In this document: piece after piece, positions 59,301 through 64,000 of the stretch
Layout: the number at the start of each line of letters is the position of its first letter
Position numbering within the stretch: the first letter of the stretch is position 1
DNA from: an uncultured bacterium
GTDB lineage: Bacteria; Verrucomicrobiota; Verrucomicrobiia; Verrucomicrobiales; DEV007
NCBI GenBank assembly: GCA_963977015.1
Contig: CAXBMO010000007.1
Coordinates: 1-64,000 of the forward strand
Length of the DNA: 64,000 nt
Direction: 5' to 3'
The notes under the pieces: generated by a model
The model's database searches: none
What the model was told of the DNA's origin: nothing
The model's input: the letters and a program-made list of their open reading frames with translations, nothing else
Position numbers and translations under genes: made by a program

Positions 59301-60068
59301 CAGGATCCGTTGCCCTTCGAACAATCGGATGAATTCCCCTTTTCGAATCTGCCGTCCCCGCATGATGACAGCCTCTTCCCCAATGTTTTTTACGAGGATG
59401 AGTTCCTGAAAGCGAAAAGCCACGACGCAATTCTGGGGACGCAACGTTGGCAATACAACATCAGCAGGTTTCTCCCGGGCAATGTGCAACGTCTCAAGCG
59501 GCTGAGCCTGGGACTCTCCCTCAGCGGGAACCGGCGCCGGGGACGGTGAATCCAGCTCGCTCGTGTTCAGCTGATAAACGATATCGATCGCCTCGGAAGC
59601 GATGCCGAGGTTGGTCATGAACAAATAGAAGGCAATCAGATGATCTTTCTGAAGATCCGCCCGCGAAATGAGGGCATAAAGCTGAACACCGAGCATAATC
59701 TTGTCCTCGGTCGCCAGATTTCCCGCCAACTCCTTGGCCATCTCGTTCAGGTCATGGGCCTCCTGAAGGGCGCTCCGGTAGAGCTCTCTCAATTCTGAAT
59801 AAACCGTCTCGGGATAGTCGTAGCGCAAAAATCCCAACGCCTGATCAATCTCCCGCTCTTCGATTTCGCCATCAACTTTGGTAAAACCTGCGAAAACCTG
59901 AATTAGAATCGGCAAATTGGTGTGCCGGGTCCGCTGACGCTGGGTTCGAGACCAACGTCGCTTCCAGCGCTTCCAATGGGGCTCACGACCGCTCGCTGAA
60001 AGTCGATGTCTGGGCTTCTTTCCAGTTGCCGTTACTTTGGTGGCGGCCTTGCCGCTACGGTCGTGCAT
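56400..60068 (-). CDS. ABCG-type fused ATPase/permease with TerB-like and FHA-like N-terminal regions
   Basis: GPSGCGKS, LSGGQ, MFDEP, SIHQP, ABC-2 TM domain; N-terminal FTKVDGEIEEREI. Confidence 0.85.
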   Translation of the reverse strand: MHDRSGKAATKVTATGKKPRHRLSASGREPHWKRWKRRWSRTQRQRTRHTNLPILIQVFAGFTKVDGEIEEREIDQALGFLRYDYPETVYSELRELYRSALQEAHDLNEMAKELAGNLATEDKIMLGVQLYALISRADLQKDHLIAFYLFMTNLGIASEAIDIVYQLNTSELDSPSPAPVPAEGESQAQPLETLHIAREKPADVVLPTLRPQNCVVAFRFQELILVKNIGEEAVIMRGRQIRKGEFIRLFEGQRILLGELVLDYQDLIFYFNAKKNVSENRLFVSFTSAGDPYVEKAKTKQSHLQLDFGLGIKLRVLRKTKGEINGTPLDANTTLEVSLRDRIIFKDRREILISDLRRRARVLGGRFDLNPTRSDYRISNIPTLLREGDILLSEDTEGKLLLQIFCDYEQKAGHLEILESDRAIYIGETLVRESAALKDGDTITVGDGQFLRCHFGEGIIEEEKNVVRRLQVDEVSTFYGKRNLALDAISFRAQRGEMICVMGPSGCGKSTLLRTLAGQFKPDEGRVLINGVDMYKSSRNRRRVTPYISFIPHDEATDPLLSVEENLDLAAAVRAPHLRDADRKRRVDAKLVELGLNEFRHRPVGDETHNKTLSGGQRKRLNVGLDMVGISDVYMFDEPTSGLSSKDSEHVLEIIRGLAHNKIVFVSIHQPSARLFQMFNKAILLDHGGKLAFFGTPQQMLKYFGRVEEEENMRAELAADVKVPTIRQPDFIFDVLETPLRDLSGDVIYEEDRRGQLVAARRFSPNFWRDRFQTYRLIEEVQLDQAETDPNPVKPPPMVSRSIRHEFLQFGTLFKRAFLSKLRNKGNLATTLLLAPILAILVSFVLRYSEDGAYNFASAAHIPAYLFLTLLIGMFLGLMNSAEEILRDRTLLQRERNHRLRATSYVLTKVMALSVFAILQCIIYLLIGDAILAIRDMFWVELFWMGSTAIIGVVAGLLISSLVPNIMTALNVIPLVLIPQIILGGALIKYEEMNRGVNLISAAKGWFRPVDEQERKGGSKLEVPEICQIMPLRWSYEGIIISHAEYNPVSALQNDLEDTIKELAVIRDLTEKQELAFSNAKEGLAILAGLSAESPRQLRSKLWRLKKALKKGKLDPAEFSVDARDRGDNWVSSDGLYLNEELGDLFTRAEMERTDYRKKYHPNIFFGAKRQFQLKWWDLDGNRREKVVNIKTVYLDALVLLGFGIVVVTLVWLSVLRKMRSV

Positions 60069-60318
60069 AAGTGAGGATCAGAATTCCGGTAATTAGACGG
60101 GAAAAGGAGTTTCTCACAATATCATACTTTAGCGAAGCCTGCCGAGGCGGAATCTCGATGCCCCCCAGGGAGCGTTTGAAAATGATGACGGACGCGCAAG
60201 TTGTTCCACTTTTTCAAACACCCGCTGGCACATTGAGTAGTCCGCCATCGCAACCATTGGCAAAAACCTGCCAGGCCAAGTTTGAAAAACCACCTTGGAG
60301 AGGCCTTCGTTGATGAAC

Positions 60319-63348
<3,030 letters not shown>

Positions 63349-63351
63349 CGG

Positions 63352-64000
63352 TCACGCCACCGAACGACAAAGGATCGCCTTCTGGGCGTGCAGCCGGTTT
63401 TCGGCCTGCTCGAAGATGACGTCAGCGTGAGCTTCGAGCACGTCCTCGGTGATCTCTTTGTCCCGGTAGGCGGGAAGGCAGTGCATCACGATTACACCAG
63501 GTTTCGCGGCAGCGATGAGGCGCTCGTTAACCTGATAGGGTTGGAGGATCTTGATCCGATCTTCCGACTCATCCTCCTTGCCCATGCTGACCCAGACATC
63601 GGTATAAAGAACGTCGCAGCCTTCGACCGCTTTGATGGGATCCGTTTCGACCCGGATTTTGGACGAGTCGAGTCTCGCAATGAGTTCAGGCTCCGGATGA
63701 AAGCCTTCCGGTGCTCCGATGACGAGTTCGAGATCCAGAAGTTTCGCCGCCCATAGCCAACTGATGGCCATGTTGCAGGCACCGTCGCCGAGGAAACAAA
63801 CGCGGGCGCCCCGCCAGTCAGGAAGGCGTTCGCGCATCGTTTGGAGATCGGCCACGACCTGACACGGATGCTCGGCATCACTTAAGGCGTTGATGGTGGG
63901 GATATTGCTGTGGGCGGCAAAGCCTTCAATATCATCTTGGTCGAAGGTCCTGATGATGGCTCCATCAACCATGCGGCCGAGAACCCGGGCCGTGTCTTTA
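63352..64000 (-). CDS. argF: Ornithine carbamoyltransferase (5' part outside the window)
   Basis: HPCQ, DVWVSMG, HCLP, QAENRLHAQKA. Confidence 0.93.
   Translation of the reverse strand, partial: KDTARVLGRMVDGAIIRTFDQDDIEGFAAHSNIPTINALSDAEHPCQVVADLQTMRERLPDWRGARVCFLGDGACNMAISWLWAAKLLDLELVIGAPEGFHPEPELIARLDSSKIRVETDPIKAVEGCDVLYTDVWVSMGKEDESEDRIKILQPYQVNERLIAAAKPGVIVMHCLPAYRDKEITEDVLEAHADVIFEQAENRLHAQKAILCRSVA

Overview
Bacterial chromosomal window, most likely from a Verrucomicrobia/PVC-superphylum organism (inferred from the DUF1501-DUF1549/1553-PPC-cytochrome c/WD40 module, planctomycete-type cytochrome c domains, monomeric IDH and integrase type). Bases 1-7400 are one end of an integrated element abutting the 3' end of tRNA-Glu(TTC) at 7406-7480; the other end lies left of the window. 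Its minus-strand gene order is tyrosine integrase, excisionase-like HTH, an 828-aa family B DNA polymerase with primer-independent PolB (piPolB/pipolin) hallmarks (SVTTDG, KTRG) but an apparently dead proofreading domain, a 1.1-kb non-coding spacer (homopolymer runs, an 8-bp periodic repeat, paired inverted repeats), and a DUF3987/YfjI-like protein with a broken Walker A. This is the best candidate for an undescribed system. The rest is mostly housekeeping (waaA, rsmD, pfkA, ilvB/ilvN, cbpA-like, lptD, trxB, rlmB, infA, recR, sufT, dus, icd, argF). It also holds a DUF3467/GAF-MFP/M50-MFP export-like module, an FHA-giant coiled-coil-GrpE-like fusion, several apparent pseudo-enzymes, a 177-bp MITE-like hairpin and a frameshifted gene remnant. 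All calls come from motif recognition by eye; no searches were run.
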